This document shows, piece after piece, positions 41,380 to 55,929 of a stretch of DNA of 64,000 nt. Both the position numbers and the translations under genes were made by a program. Numbering within the stretch: position 1 is the first letter of the stretch; every line of letters begins with the position of its first letter. Below the pieces are notes generated by a model that was not told the origin of the DNA, made no database searches, and saw nothing but the letters and a program-made list of their open reading frames with translations. The stretch comes from Octopus vulgaris (taxonomy: Eukaryota). The stretch is taken from NCBI GenBank assembly GCA_951406725.2, contig OX597815.1, positions 148,366,001 through 148,430,000 on the forward strand, given 5' to 3'.

Positions 41380-41763
41380 TCGTCGCACTCCGTCGGTTAC
41401 AACGACGAGGGTTCCAGTTAATCATATCAACGGAAGAGCCTGCTCGTGAAATTTACGTGCTAGTGGCTGAGCACACCCCAGACACGTGTGCCCTTAACGT
41501 AGTTCTCGGAGAGATTCAGCGTAAAACAGAGTGTGACAAGATTGGCCCTTTGAAATACAGGTACAAAAGAAACTGGAAGAAAGAGTGAGAGAAGCATGTG
41601 GCGAAAGCGTACAGCAGAGTTCTCCTCCACTCCATGCCCGTGCTCAAGGAGCTTTAGGTGATTTAGCTCAATAAACACTAACAATGCTCGGTCTTAGAAT
41701 CGAAACCCCCCGATCCTACGACAGCGAGTCTATTCCCCTAACCGTGGGCCCATTGCGCTTCCA
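41380..41763 (-). mobile_element. tRNA-derived SINE family C
   Basis: Minus strand ggaagcgcaatgggccc..ggttagg...gtttcgattc (A/B boxes). Related copies at 44210-44520 and 52886-53072. Confidence 0.78.
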
Positions 41764-44121
41764 CAGATTTTAACATACGTTTGTGTGAGTATTAAGAGAA
41801 TTGTCGATATTGATCTCCAGCATATGCGTATTATTTTATGCTTAGTCATAAATTAGAAGTGTGTTGGATTGTGAAAATATTAATTTAAATGTTTATTTAA
41901 GAAGTGAAATTTGAAGTTGATTCATAAGAAAACGGCCAATGCTTTCGTGAATTCCGATGCTTCTCTATCCAGTTATAAATGACCGAATGTTTGAGAAACC
42001 GAAAATATTTATTTGAGAAATTAGAATTTAAATGGATACAATTAGAATAACAATGTATATTTAGGAACCAGGACAAAGGTGGCACTGTTCAATTAAAATT
42101 AGATTAAATATATAGGATTTGGATATATTTTTGTAAAGGTGTGTGAGTGTGAATGCGCGTGTGTGTGTAAATGTGCCTAATTTTATATGTGATAACACCG
42201 TGAGAAAATGAATGGTGTTGTTTTCAATGATAAAATTTGTAAGTGTGTGTGTGTTTGTATCTGTGTGTGTGTGTCTGTGTTTCTTTGAATATATGTTTGT
42301 CCGTGTGTTAGCGTGGGGAGTTACGTTGACGATACATTATTTTCAATCTCATAGAAAAGTGAACAAAAATGCATAAGAAGCTCAGTGAAACGCCCATATA
42401 TTTTCTTTAATGTATGCATAAATAAATTAATATGTATATATTCTTTTCAATTTCATATTCCTCTCTTCACCATAACACTCCCCTAATACTCATCCACTCC
42501 CTGTTTCGCACTAACTACTAATTTTTACCACCATCTCATCCGCTCTGAACTAATGAACCAGTCAACTCATTTCTCTGAAATAACAACCATCTCTTTTAAC
42601 TATATCAAACATCGACTCTCTAGCCTTCTTACAAACTAACACAAAAGTCCTCATTCACATACTACCTTAAGCACCCTTCCTTTTACCTCCCACCTCTACT
42701 ATTATCCCTAGCCTCATTATTAACCCTAACCTCGAAATTTATTTTCTCCTCTACTTTCTACCTAACCACCCCAACTCCCGTTCCTAATACACTTAGTTCT
42801 TCACAAGATCATTTTGTCTTTAAACTCCATCCTGCCAACAACTCAAATGTAAAATACTCCCCTGAAGAGGGAGGCGCTATTATCCGATAATGGAACCAAG
42901 TAACTATCATTATTTCGGACCACCAAGGCATGAGAAACAGCTCTTTACGTCGTAAAACTCAACCCATTTAATACCTGATATCATATATATTGTGTAAATC
43001 GGACTACTGTATATGCATTACGTATGTTCATTTTTCGTATTAAATGTATTTAATATTCTACGTGAATAAACTTTCCTAACATGCTTATCCTTACATAAAC
43101 TCCCTTGCTTGTTCAAGTTCAAATCTCTTGAGCACTACGAAGTGTTTTCGATATAGAGAATAGCCGTCTCTACTCTCTCTCTTTCTCTCTCCATCTCTCT
43201 CTGTATATATATATATATTTATATACATAATGAGATAAAAAATACCAAGGCAATGAAGAATTTACAATTCTCTGTAGCTACTGGGTTTCTGGTTTTCTTG
43301 AGTATATAAACAGATTGGCAACTTATGTTCCTGAAATTATTCACATTAATGCCGTCGCCCCTCAGGAGAATCTGATCAGATTCACAAAGGCTGTTCGACA
43401 TTTTTCAATATTCGGAGAAATAGATAAACTTGCCCTTTTTATATATGTACGCCATACGCTATATATATTATATCATACCGTGATAATATGCGGATGCAGA
43501 TCCACGTCGACAGACCCCTGACACATAATAAAATCTTAAACACGGTATGCAAATATTAGCTCTAGTTCTCGGAACCGACTGGATTTATTGAGTGTGTATA
43601 CTGATTAGCAGGTTGTTTCTCTGGCATTAGTGAAAGTCATGCAAACGCCTCTGAGTAGTACACAAGAACCTGGGAAAAATGAGTAAAGTCGCTCTTCTCT
43701 TTTTTTTATATCTACTTCATACGTTAGCACGCACTCTCACACATGTATAGTGAAAGCGCTCGATACTATCTTTTACGTATTTCCTCTACAGATATATAGG
43801 AAATAAAATATTTATATAGTCGACCAATTTCATTTGCAGCAATTTAACTCCATTTGTTGCGATTTAGTGCTGTTTTCAGATATTCCTCGGTAAAAGTTCG
43901 TTACTTTCTGACTACACTTGAGTTTGTACGTTAGCCATGGTCAAAATTTACTTCTCCTTCCTTTCTGGATCTGGTTATGCGTAAGGTACTTTGTAAATTT
44001 GACTTTACTCATTTTCATGACATTAAGAATCCACTTAAATGAGATCGCTACAGAAAGCATTCAGTTCATGAAATTGTACATTTAGTTGAGAGATGATTAT
44101 ACACACACTAGCATACATACA

Positions 44122-44158
<37 letters not shown>

Positions 44159-44209
44159 ACATGCATACATAGATTCATACACACATACGTACGTAGTACG
44201 TATGTATAA

Positions 44210-44520
44210 GACGATAAACGTCGCCCTTTTCAAGCCCAGCACGGCTCATGAGCCCGTTTTTCATGTTTCTGCGGCTTATGAGTTCCCCCTAGCTGGACGG
44301 AACGCCAGTCCATTGCAGCGTTACTCAAGAAACAGGAAGAGAGAGTGAGAGAAAGTTGTGGCGAGTGAGTACAATAGGGAACACCACCACCTTCTGGAGC
44401 CTCGTGGAGCTTTTAGGTGTTTTCGCTCAATAAACACACAAAACGCCCGGTCTGGGAATCGAAATCGCGATCCTTCGACCGCGAGTCTGCTGCCCTAACC
44501 ACTGGACCATTGCCCCTCCT
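44210..44520 (-). mobile_element. SINE family C head with a different 3' part
   Basis: tggtccagtggttagg / atttcgattccc boxes. Shares the head and middle with 41580-41763; the tail differs. Confidence 0.78.
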
Positions 44521-46180
44521 ACGTACGTATGTATGCATGTATGTAAATGGATTGGATTGGATTTTCCATGCTATGTTCACAGCAGGTTCGGTATGCTTTC
44601 TTCACCAACCACGGTGATCGTGATTTTGAGCTTGATTTTGAGCTCATACTGATTTGATGAGCATTACCTTCTACACTGGTATGACATGGTTTTCCAAAGG
44701 AGGGAATTATTTTATGCTCATACCTATGAATGAATAAGTCGATTACATCAGCAAGTAGCACTTACTATTCGACCTCGAAACGATAAAAATCAAAATCGAC
44801 ATCGGTGTAATTTGAACGTAAAGACATCTGAAACACCTCTAAGCATTTCGTCAGGCATGGAAATACGTCTGCAAGCGGGGGGGGGGTGCAGATGTATATA
44901 TTTACCTATATTCTAACTTGGACGATAGACATGACATTGCGTATTGCATTTCCACTGTTTAATAAAATAGATTATGTTGTCTGTTCGAATTAGTGATTAC
45001 AAATTATTGCCTGTTGTAAAAAGTGTCGTATGAATTTTAGAATTCAGATAAAGTTTACAACCAATTATTCTAAGGAGGGACAAATTCTCGTGCATCTTTT
45101 GTATTAATATTATTTAACAATACATAACATAGATCCATAATTTGTAACTTGACATAATAATCTGTTAAATCAATATTAAATTTACATTACTAGTTCATGT
45201 TTGTAAATTCTTAACATCATCAGACACTAATCTACCACATACTAAAAAAATATGATAAACAGGTTCTCAAAATGCAACCTTAATGTGTAATCACAGTAAA
45301 CAAGAAGCATTGATTTCATGGAAAAATAAAGTCTGATAGCTAAATGTAAAAGGCACGTCATGTATAAGTAATGTTGAAGCTGGTTTACCAAAGTAAATAT
45401 AGTGTACTTAAGGGGAGGTAACATTATATGTTCTAATGAACACTCCTCACTAAAATGTCATCCCTCTAGAGATGCCGTCCCTTCCGTAACATCTTTTCTT
45501 CAGCAACATGTTACACGGGAACAGAGGAAATCATCCTGTGGGTTGCAAACATGGAAGAAATTAACCCAAATCGTTATGAAGATAGTGCTCCCAGGGATGG
45601 TAGGAGCTATGCTGATAATACCATGTATAACATTTCCTATAATTGCACTCCTGAATACATTTTTGGTTAAACATCAAATAAGGAAGCATGCTCATATACG
45701 TTAGCAACAACACCCCTCCTCAGGTTGTGCAGTTGTGTCTTATATATTACAGCCATATCTATTTTACTTTTGTTTTATTTTTGAGATAAACTCTGTATGA
45801 TATTAACCAATATGTCATCTATCAAAATGCAGATTGTGTTTCTTAAGAAAATTTGCTACTATAACTTGCACAATGCATGACCTAGAAGACACATGCTCAT
45901 TGAGTTGCTACAATAAGTGCAATATATGCTTTGTGATAACCATAAACTAATTTATTTATTATTATTATTATTATTATTTTTTTGAATATTTCCGTTTATC
46001 TCGTCACACGTAATATTCTGCAAATTTACCAATTTCGAAATGTTAGTCTATCTTTAAACAATTATTGTCTGTCGCATTACAGTTTAACTCTGCAACTTTT
46101 TCGTTGATAAGCTGTAATAAGGAATGCAAAATTCAATGAAAGTGGTAAACTGCATAGATAATAAGTGCATATATATATAC

Positions 46181-46299
<119 letters not shown>

Positions 46300-46809
46300 A
46301 AGTGAGAGAGGCGGAGAGTGAAAGAAAGCAAGAGGGGGAGAGAGAAAGAATAGATGCTTTCACGTATGTACAAACATTTGCTAAAAACATGAATGTAGAT
46401 ACATATGCATATGTAAAAAGCAAGCTCTCCCTTTTATCTACTCCATTGTGTATTTCTGACACAGCTAATTATTTCAGGCTGCTATAAGAATTGTCTCTTT
46501 GCAAAATACATGTTTCTTACACCAGAACAATGGCAGATAAGAAAACTGAATACATGATTTCCCATGGTGTACTTCCTCAATAACAATTGAAATATAACGT
46601 TACGTTTAACACTATTTATGTACGGTAATGCTGTTTATTATATAAATGCTGGAAAATTGGGATTATACGGAGCTAATACTGATGCATTTCGATGTTTCAT
46701 TTCTGAGTAGTTACAAAATTTGATGCACTGTATATATATCTGTATATGTACTCACACACAATGAGGAGTTTACAAAGAACCTAGCCAAATACATTCACCG
46801 ACATACAGT

Positions 46810-46875
<66 letters not shown>

Positions 46876-47094
46876 TTTGCATGCCATACGAATACGTTTC
46901 GGAATGATTCCGTCACTCATCATTTCTACAACATAGTTCCGTTTAAAACTTCCTCTTCCAGTAACTGTTGACTATCTCACTGACAAGGTCGGACCTTTCA
47001 TCTAAAAGTTCATGTTTCCTATAGTGATATTTCATGTACTAAGTCATATTTCCTGTGATAACACAATACTACAGAGACCATCGAGATTTGACGG

Positions 47095-49800
47095 CACTTT
47101 ATAGCCTTAGCTCGAGGGCTGCAGCCATGCTGGAGCACCGTCTTTAGTTTTGCTACACGTTCACTAAACCTCATCTGATATGTGGCATTTTAGTGAATGA
47201 GGGAGTTTGATGTTGCTGTTCTCATCTACGCTTCTAGCCGCGAGGAATATTTATCCACAACTCGACGAGAGGAGATCCAGTGTTGTTTTGAAGACCACCT
47301 ATACCCACACCAGGTACGTCTGTCTGGGCTTTGCTGGAGGATATTGAAGGGCTGTGGGCCCTTGAAACCCAAGTTGTTGTAGTATTAGGTCCTATACCTT
47401 GGTGACAATTTTGGGATTTGGGGAAATACGCAGGATCGTCCTAATCTACTGTTTGTATAACTTTCAATACCAAATTTAGAAACTCAAGTTCTCGGATTTT
47501 CCAGACGTTTATCACTTGAAATCTTTCCCACCTTCGTTCAAGGGAGTAGAGTCCTAAATTTTTCAGTCTCTCTCACTAACATGTCACCCTGATACGATTT
47601 TCAAATAGTTTCCCTGCATTGATTCGAGTTCTGTCATTAGTTAGTACACTGTTTTGGTGATCACTGTTGGGAATAGTAATCTATATGGTGGACAAGAGTG
47701 TCCGTCAGAGAACCTTCATGGTTTCCTGTTCTCTTGTTCTGTACGTTCTATGGATCCATGCAGCCAACAGGCTACATTTTATTGCCAACTTAGTAATATA
47801 CACCTGAAAGATGCCGTATTACTCATGCCAATGCCTCTGTCGCGCACAGATTTTGATTCAGGGGTTACAATTCCTTCTTGATCAGTGTACCCTGTTTGGT
47901 TTTCATTAAGCATTGTATGTTGGTAGCGAGGAACTTGGAGATTTTCGGTATTAAACTGCATATTATTTTCCTCAGCCCATTTTCAGGGGCTTGTATCTTC
48001 TGAAAAACGTTTGCATTATCTGCATTGCTAGACAGAGTGTCTATCTGAGCAGCTAAGGGTATGTCTGAGAAGGCTAGCTATGAATAGCAGTAGTTCCAAG
48101 ACAGTCATCTGTAGATAATAACACACAATATTTGTGCTTCTTTGGAGGTAGCCTCGCTGGCCACCACTACTTGAATTCGTCTCTTTTAGAAAGTCATGTA
48201 GATATAGTTTTTCAATTATGCCAGGATCATGCTATGATCGACTTTATCAAAATGTTTTGCAAAGTCGAGATATATCATGTGCAAGTTTAAATTATTGAGT
48301 AGCTGCTTTAATACCCAGTCATAATGCTGAAAGAGCTGTGTCAGCCAGCTTTTACATGGTCGAAAATTGTGCTGGGTGTTAATCAGTAGATCATTCTCTT
48401 CAAGGAATACAATTTGTTTCATTTAGATTATTCATTCCATGACTTTGCTGACGTGTGAAGTCCGAGAGATAGGTCTATAGCATTTAGCATCTGCTCCGCT
48501 TCCTCCTTTATGAACAGGGCATACTATTCTATTCTTCAGAGCTTATCACTTGCAAGGAAGCTTTGAAAGAGCAGCTTTAGTGGTTCTGTAAGAACTCCTT
48601 TGCATGACTTGACTAAAGAAGGATTGCTGGGAATCCAAAGCCTCAGTAGCTGATTTTGCGTCTACTTTATGCATTGCCATTATTACATTCTTTTCTTTGA
48701 TGGTGATGTAATCAATGGTTACTGTTTCCTTATTGAAAAAAGAATTCTACATGTTTGCTGAGTTGCATGCACCATCACAGTGAGGTGAAAACACTTTCGT
48801 TCTCTGAGTGTTTCACATATTTACATATCCTCATTGGGTTTCCCGGGGTGAACCATCTTTTTCGAGGAGTGGCCTTACCTCACAACTTACAGAGACAGAT
48901 ACTTTGCCATACTTAAAGAACGATTTAGGGTTTGGTTATGTATTCTTTATAACCCGGACACTTCTATCTACTCTTTTTGTTCAGATGAGCATTTCACACG
49001 CTTCTTATCTCCATGAGCCGTTTTTTTTAATGTTCAGTGGTATTTCTCTCTGGGACAACGTTGTAGTATATACATGGCTTGCATTATGGAAGTTGAGATT
49101 AAATAATTTCTCATAGGCTACATGTTTGTGGGCCTCTTCAGTCCAAACATGGTTAGCTCTATTGTATTATGATCCACGACTAGTGTCAGTATCTCTTTCA
49201 CATGGATAAAATCCATATTTTTGTGGAGAAGAGATAAATTATATTGCTTACACTGGTTTGTTGGAATATTACTTGCTCCGTGCATGGCTTGTTGGTGACA
49301 TTGAGCATGGATTGCACTTGACTTTTTTTCCCATCACCTCATACCTAAAACCAAAAGACCTTCAGACCATCCTACATTGAGTAGGTCGGAGTCTCACATG
49401 AGAATTACGCTAATATTTTTTTCTAGCTTGGTTAAGACATATTGCAATCTTGCAAGGCAGTCTTCAGTTAAACTCATGTGATTTGTAGCACCTCGTGGCC
49501 GATAATTAGTATATATGACTATATTGAATTGTCTTATATGTTGAATTAGTATTACTAAACCATCTGGTGCGTGTGACCTCCACCGATGTACATTGCAATT
49601 CACCATGGACCGCTTCTTTCCTGTGGCTTGTCAATGCATGATTCGGTACGTGTATTTCTGCTTCTGTGATGTCGGGTTTTACGTGTGATTCAGTGAGTGC
49701 TGTGCATAAGGCTTGATTGCATGCCACTAGGTCTCTCGGGAAGAGAATTTTGATTCTGTTTCTGCGTTGTAACAACCTTCTGATGCCCGTAAGTTATATT
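47095..49800 (-). mobile_element. Degraded CR1-group LINE related to 9571-12615
   Basis: RDLVACNQALCTALTESHVKPDI, NYRP, FLEENDLL..QH.F...LTQLFQHYDWVLKQLLN..IYLDFAK.FDKVDH, MQFN.E; many stops and frameshifts; same 3' motif. Confidence 0.9.
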
Positions 49801-49989
49801 GATGTGACACGTAATATAGTTGTCTTGTAAACATTAATCACAAGAAAATATCCTTCACACTCCTACTAGGTGCATGCCTATTTAGTCGGCTTCCTGTTAG
49901 AATCGTCAAATGCTAGCCATTGCTTCCGTGTGTCAATTTGCTTTCCACTGAATCTCCGAGAGCTATATTTTCAAATAATTACACTGAAG

Positions 49990-50110
<121 letters not shown>

Positions 50111-50329
50111 CTGTAGTTCACTTTTCATTGTTAACCGTGCTAATTGAAATATTACTCCACTGTTTGTCTTTGAGCTGTTAAAACATAATACCAGATAATT
50201 GAAGTTATTTAAACATTTGCAGTTCTCACCATTTGATTATTGAATGTTTACTTTTCATTCACTAAAAGCTAGAAACTCTGTCCCTAATATCCAACTGCTG
50301 TACAATTTGTTTGCAGTTTGCCAAATCGA

Positions 50330-51640
50330 CGAATTCGCATTGAAGCTTACTTGATGGTATTAAATGCAAGAATTAAATCAACTGTGTAAATTGTATTAGT
50401 AATAGTACTTGCAGAGTGACATCTGAATATCTGAGGAGGTATTTGTAAACATGTTTCTCAAGTGTTTGATGATGCAATACATAATAGGTAGGTGAAGGCA
50501 AAACTGATCGAGAAATTTGCAACGAATAGTTCGCCTGACAGTATCTCAAAGAAATTTACAATACTATCAGTTAGGAAGTCATGAGCAACTCTATATCTGG
50601 ACAGTATACCCATTCGATCTATGATCATCCCGGAATTACTAAATACTGTGCACATCCGCATCCGTATCACTTTGCTGATTTACATAGAAAACGGTTTGAA
50701 CGTCTATAAACGATATATCATCGTTCAGGTTCTGACCTTTGATACCTTCAATACGATTTAAATTTGATATAATGTTGACTTTCCTGTGTGAAAACAATTT
50801 AGTTATTTTAAAAGAATACATCTAATGGAGGCCTATTCTTAAAAGTAATGCTTGCTGTATGTATTCACTGCAATTACCGGTAAATGAATCGTTCTGTATT
50901 GTTAAGTTTATCCAAGATTTCCTTCATTTGGATCGGTATACATCAATGCTTCTCCCTGTACGTAGCTTTCTTGTTTGAAGTTTTATCACACGCATCCACA
51001 TATTGATCCATGAGCTCCTCTGTTCCCATATTTCTGCTGGTAAATAGTCGAGCTAGTGCTTTACCATTTGAAAAGGAACCGAAAAATACTTGCTTTTATT
51101 TTTTTGTTTTTAACATGTGTAACAATAAGCTTTATTTCTCTCATAAAATTTCTTATGGCATGACCTACGAAGTGTGCTGGGTGTCTATGAAGGTTAAAGG
51201 AGTTTCCTTTCACATTTATTAGCGATGGATTTTCTCTTATTTGCTTTTAATTCCCCTATATTGTTTTTTCTTTGAGTTATTTTATTGATAGTACCATGTG
51301 CGGGAGATGACGTTTGTTTATTTTTTTTTGCATTTGAATTATAGTTATTTGATCAATAAACCAAATTCCGACTTCTTGTTTATAGGCTTCATCTCGTTAC
51401 TTCTTGCACTTGTAATTGTCGATCCGTTTTCTCTCCTGAAATTCCTTATCTCAGATACAGTTTATAGGCTTCGTCCATTTAATTTCTTAAGTATGTCCAT
51501 GGTTCCCAATAAAATGCATTTGCTTTGTTCTTTCAACGTTTCTACTACACTTTCATGTTTATTTATGATTTTGGTGCAAATACAATTGACATTATCGACG
51601 TCATTACATGAATATGCATCGTTATATCATGTTCATTAAA
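50330..51640 (-). pseudogene. Highly degraded RTE-type LINE RT relic
   Basis: Colinear remnants GKA...PAEIW, IPI, YR.IA, F.TGKST..QI, RIEG...NL....FIDVQ.VF and FFEILSG resemble RTE RT motifs (GRST..QI..LRRIIEG, FIDF.KAF, FFEI.AGV.QGD). Confidence 0.62.
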
Positions 51641-53069
51641 ATTCTACCGTGTGAAAAACGCTATTTGCATTTTATGACAAATGAGAAATACAATGCAGAG
51701 GTGACCAGGAAAGATATACATTAACGAAGAACTTGAAATATATGTATTTAACATAATAATTGTAGCTTTGCCTTCAATATGAAGCTTACATATTATACAC
51801 ATACTAATATCATATTCAATATTAGCAGGTTTGATAACTGAATACGTACTGATTGGAAACTTCTGCTAAAAAGTACCGTGATGACGAACTTAACGAACGA
51901 CAAACCCAGCACAAAATCTAAACGACTTAGTAATTCTTCATGTCCCTAACCACAACTACTATTTTAATCGGAACAGTTACACGACGAGAAGCTCCAATAT
52001 TATGAGAATCGCCACTTTAACATTTAAGTACATGAATGTGCTTTGCACTATTTCGGGAGACATATTCTAGCAAGGGAAGTTTATTGCATTATTGTAATTA
52101 TTTAATAAAATATTTGCGAAGATATTCACCGATGTATTCTCAGTGTAAATCTTGTTATATAGCTATCACTGATGGTGTAAACCATGTTATAGAATTATCA
52201 CTTATGGTGTCATAATTACATAAAATGGCCTAAGACACAAATGATACTCACAAAAATCAATTAAAATAATGCTGTTTATTTAATCTTTCTTTTCAATCTA
52301 GACATTAATTAAATGCAAATATAATCAACAGAATTATTATTTTCCAAACAAAATCATGATCAAACATATTATTTCATTTCATAACTGCAGCTGGCCATTT
52401 AAAATTCTCACAGTTCACAATGGTGATACAATTATTTATTTGTCTGTTTAATTGTATTGAGGCAAACATTTTTTCTTTGTACTTTTCTCTCCCTCTTCCC
52501 CTCCTCCCTCTCTCTCTCATATTTAGATTCTACACATTGCGCGATTAATTTCGAAAAAATAAAACAAGAAAAGCAAAAAAATAAACATAGCGACAGCATT
52601 AAGCCTAAGTCAATCCGATACAGTAAAGAAGTGGCAAGTTTCAATTTCCTACAGAAACCTATAACTTTTATTTAAAAATTAGCAATTTACTGCATTTTTA
52701 AGAAAAGAATTCTAATTGTGCATTTGTATATGTGTCTACCTGTTTTATGTGTTTATAAATTAGAGAAATTAAAAAAAAACAACTATTATACAGTTGTTTG
52801 TAATATAGTTGTGCGCAACTATTTTTAACAAGTCATAGCCATCACGTGACTGAATGTACATTATGTTAAATATGATTGTACGTAACTCTATTGAGCATGG
52901 CTCAGATGGGCCTGTTTCCAAGTGTCATTGGCGTATATGTTCCCCACCTTGACGGAACGCCGGTTCGCCGCTATATGCACGAGGAAAGAGTGAAAGAAGC
53001 TTGTGGTGAAAGAGTCAACAGAAGTCACCATTACCTACTGCTGAAGCCGCGAGGGGCTTAGGTGTTTCA

Positions 53070-53132
<63 letters not shown>

Positions 53133-54224
53133 CATATGCTAATACATGATTATGCAAGGGTGTGATAATGATAATGATAGTTCATAATAACTATTGACTG
53201 AGTTTTTCCAGTCATGAATAAATATTGTCTACGTTTAATTTGGGACATTTTGTTTCTTTGCCGAAGATTGTATGAATTTTGTGCTGCATGGCAACGAAGC
53301 GAACTTACAAACTAATTTTTCTGCACTCAGTAAACACACACACACAGGAATATGGGATGGGCTTCCGCATTGATTCGGTCTACAGTATTCATTCGCAAGC
53401 TATTGGGTGGTCAGGGATTATAGTATAAACAGAAACCTCGTCTAAAACGGATGCTTTTTCGGAACGAATAAAGCATTAAGACACTTTTTTAGAAAAAAAA
53501 AAAAATTTGTGTTAAGTACGTTATAGAGTTAGCTACTTTGAATTAATACAGTTTCCGTTCCTAAAAGCTAAATTTTATTCAACCTGTCAGATAGATGCAA
53601 CAGCTACGTTGTTTCATTCTCTGTTTAATGATGGCGGTCAATATTTAGTTAAGCTTCCGGTGCCAGTGGATATTTGCTACAGACGATGAAAAAATTCATA
53701 CTTAGAATTGCTAGAGTCTTATTGAACAGTTTTCGGCTACTGCTGACATACAAGTGTATGTGTGTGTGTGTGAGTGAGTGAATGAGTGAGTGTGTGAGTA
53801 TGTGTGCCCATGTGTGTGTGTGCGTGTGTTTTGTTCTATGGAGATTAATACCGTTATTTAGCAGAATTTTAAGAATATACATTTTTTACAGTAGGAGATA
53901 CAGATTGGTATTTTGCTCCAATACTGCTTAAGAAAAGTAATGCTACTTTCGTCAGAACCATTGCTGGAAATAAACAAGCAAAGCACTTGAAAAATGGCTA
54001 TTGTATGGGGAAAGTGGGGTAAGATTGGAATGTTTAAGTAGAATATCTGAAGGGACTTTACATGAGAGAGGAAGCAATTGAGAGGGTGGTACTTAGTAGC
54101 CCATATCAAGGCCCATACCAAATTTTAACAGATCGGCTGGAGAATATCTGACCTATATCCGATGTTAATATGGTGATATGCTGGCGATTGTCTCTTCCAA
54201 ATTTGGCAATAAAACACTACTACA

Positions 54225-54291
<67 letters not shown>

Positions 54292-54866
54292 AGTACCACA
54301 CCCTTATTTGCTCTGACCCTCTTGTAAACTGCCTTGATCTACATAGACATCTCAATCTTCCCCAGCTTCCTCATACAATAGCCATAATTAAAGTGCTATG
54401 CCGGTTATTTCTAGCAATGATTCTGACGTAAGCATCATTAATATTCGTGGGACGTTCAATTTACCTTAAATGATCAATACACAACTTGTGTAAACTTATC
54501 AGGATTGTAACTTATCAATATTGTAGTATTATGACTACGGGAAACAGATGTAAGCCAAATATGCTCTAATGAAGAAATAACATGTAATGACAATAATTTT
54601 AAAACTGTTTCTTAAATATCTTGCTGTAAAAACCAGTTTGCCTGGAGCCCATCCACGGATTTACAATATAGAATTGTGATGAACCATAACTTGCAACCCT
54701 ATTAAAATCTTACTTGGAGTACTTCACTAATATAATTTTGTTAGCCTGGTGTACCAACAGAAGGCTTTCAAAGTATATTTTGCCCGGATTAATAATCCCT
54801 CACTATTATATATATGTAAACGGACGCACACACACACACACACACATACATATATTTATTTATTTA

Positions 54867-55082
54867 TTTATTTAAAAGGAGCAGAAATTCAACAAAACCT
54901 GCTACTCGAGTTTCACGTTCCCATTCGTCGGACAGTTAACAAAAACTGTCCGACGAACGGGAACGTGTAACTCGAGTAGCAGGTTTTGTTGAATTTCTGC
55001 TGCTTTAAATAAAGCATATTACTCTACCCTGGTATTTGAGTACTCTTTTTTCCACCTCGTTTCACAATTATGTGTTTACTCC

Positions 55083-55085
<3 letters not shown>
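54867..55085. mobile_element. Short hairpin element: inverted pair of minimal HHR-like motifs
   Basis: 54867-54937 and 54944-55013 are ~70-bp inverted arms around a 6-nt loop. Each arm reads ctgt-CCGACGA-ayg-ggaa-cgt-GWAAC-TCGA-GTA-gcag. Confidence 0.8.
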
Positions 55086-55136
<51 letters not shown>

Positions 55137-55499
55137 ACAAGTCAGATTCAGAGATTTTCCTTTTGGAAGAAAGTAGTGCGCAAAAGATTCAAACTTCGAC
55201 TCCTCAAGGTAAAGAAAGGGTATAAGAAGGATCAATTTGAGCGGATATTGAGGCAAGTAATCGGGAGAAGTTCAAGAAATGAAATATAAGATATTCTCTG
55301 CCCTGATGACGGAGGCTTCTCTCATCCAATGCTAATTGCATCCATACAACAGCATATTGTGAGCTACCAGATCTCCCAACATTATTATGAAGCTCCCCAG
55401 AAACAGCTGTTTCGACTTACAACATCTCACCTCTACCCCTTTAATTTTCTCTCTTGCTTGTACTCTGAGTAAGTTGGACCTATTAATATCAATATCTAT

Positions 55500-55680
55500 A
55501 TATTTAAACATAAAATACATATGTGGATAGGATGTTTAAATTAAGTCTCCTTAAAGAGCCCTTGTGGCAGTCTACAGCATGCTGGTAGAATATGGAGTTT
55601 GGTTTCTTTTCAATGTAGTTGTCCAGGTGTTCTTTGAACCTATCATTGATACTCCTTGAAGTCTCACTTATGAGTCTTTC
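55500..55680 (-). pseudogene. PLE GIY-YIG endonuclease relic
   Basis: ISETSRSINDRFKEHL...NSIFYQHAVDCH matches the YIGETxR...RxxEH...S....H....H pattern of PLE endonucleases. Confidence 0.72.
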
Positions 55681-55843
55681 CACGTTTTGCTCCATCTCGT
55701 TTTGCATACATACTTACATATACATATTTTATATTTGATATTTATTAAATATAATTAAAGAGTCTAATTTATATTATCCGCATAAGTCTCACTCTCCTTC
55801 TCTCATTTCTCTCTCTGTCTCTGTCTGTTTTTTTCTCCCTCTC

Positions 55844-55929
<86 letters not shown>

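Noticed and set aside
45402-45704. 100-aa ORF in non-repetitive sequence
   Set aside because: GTG start, no recognisable domain and no convincing splice signals.
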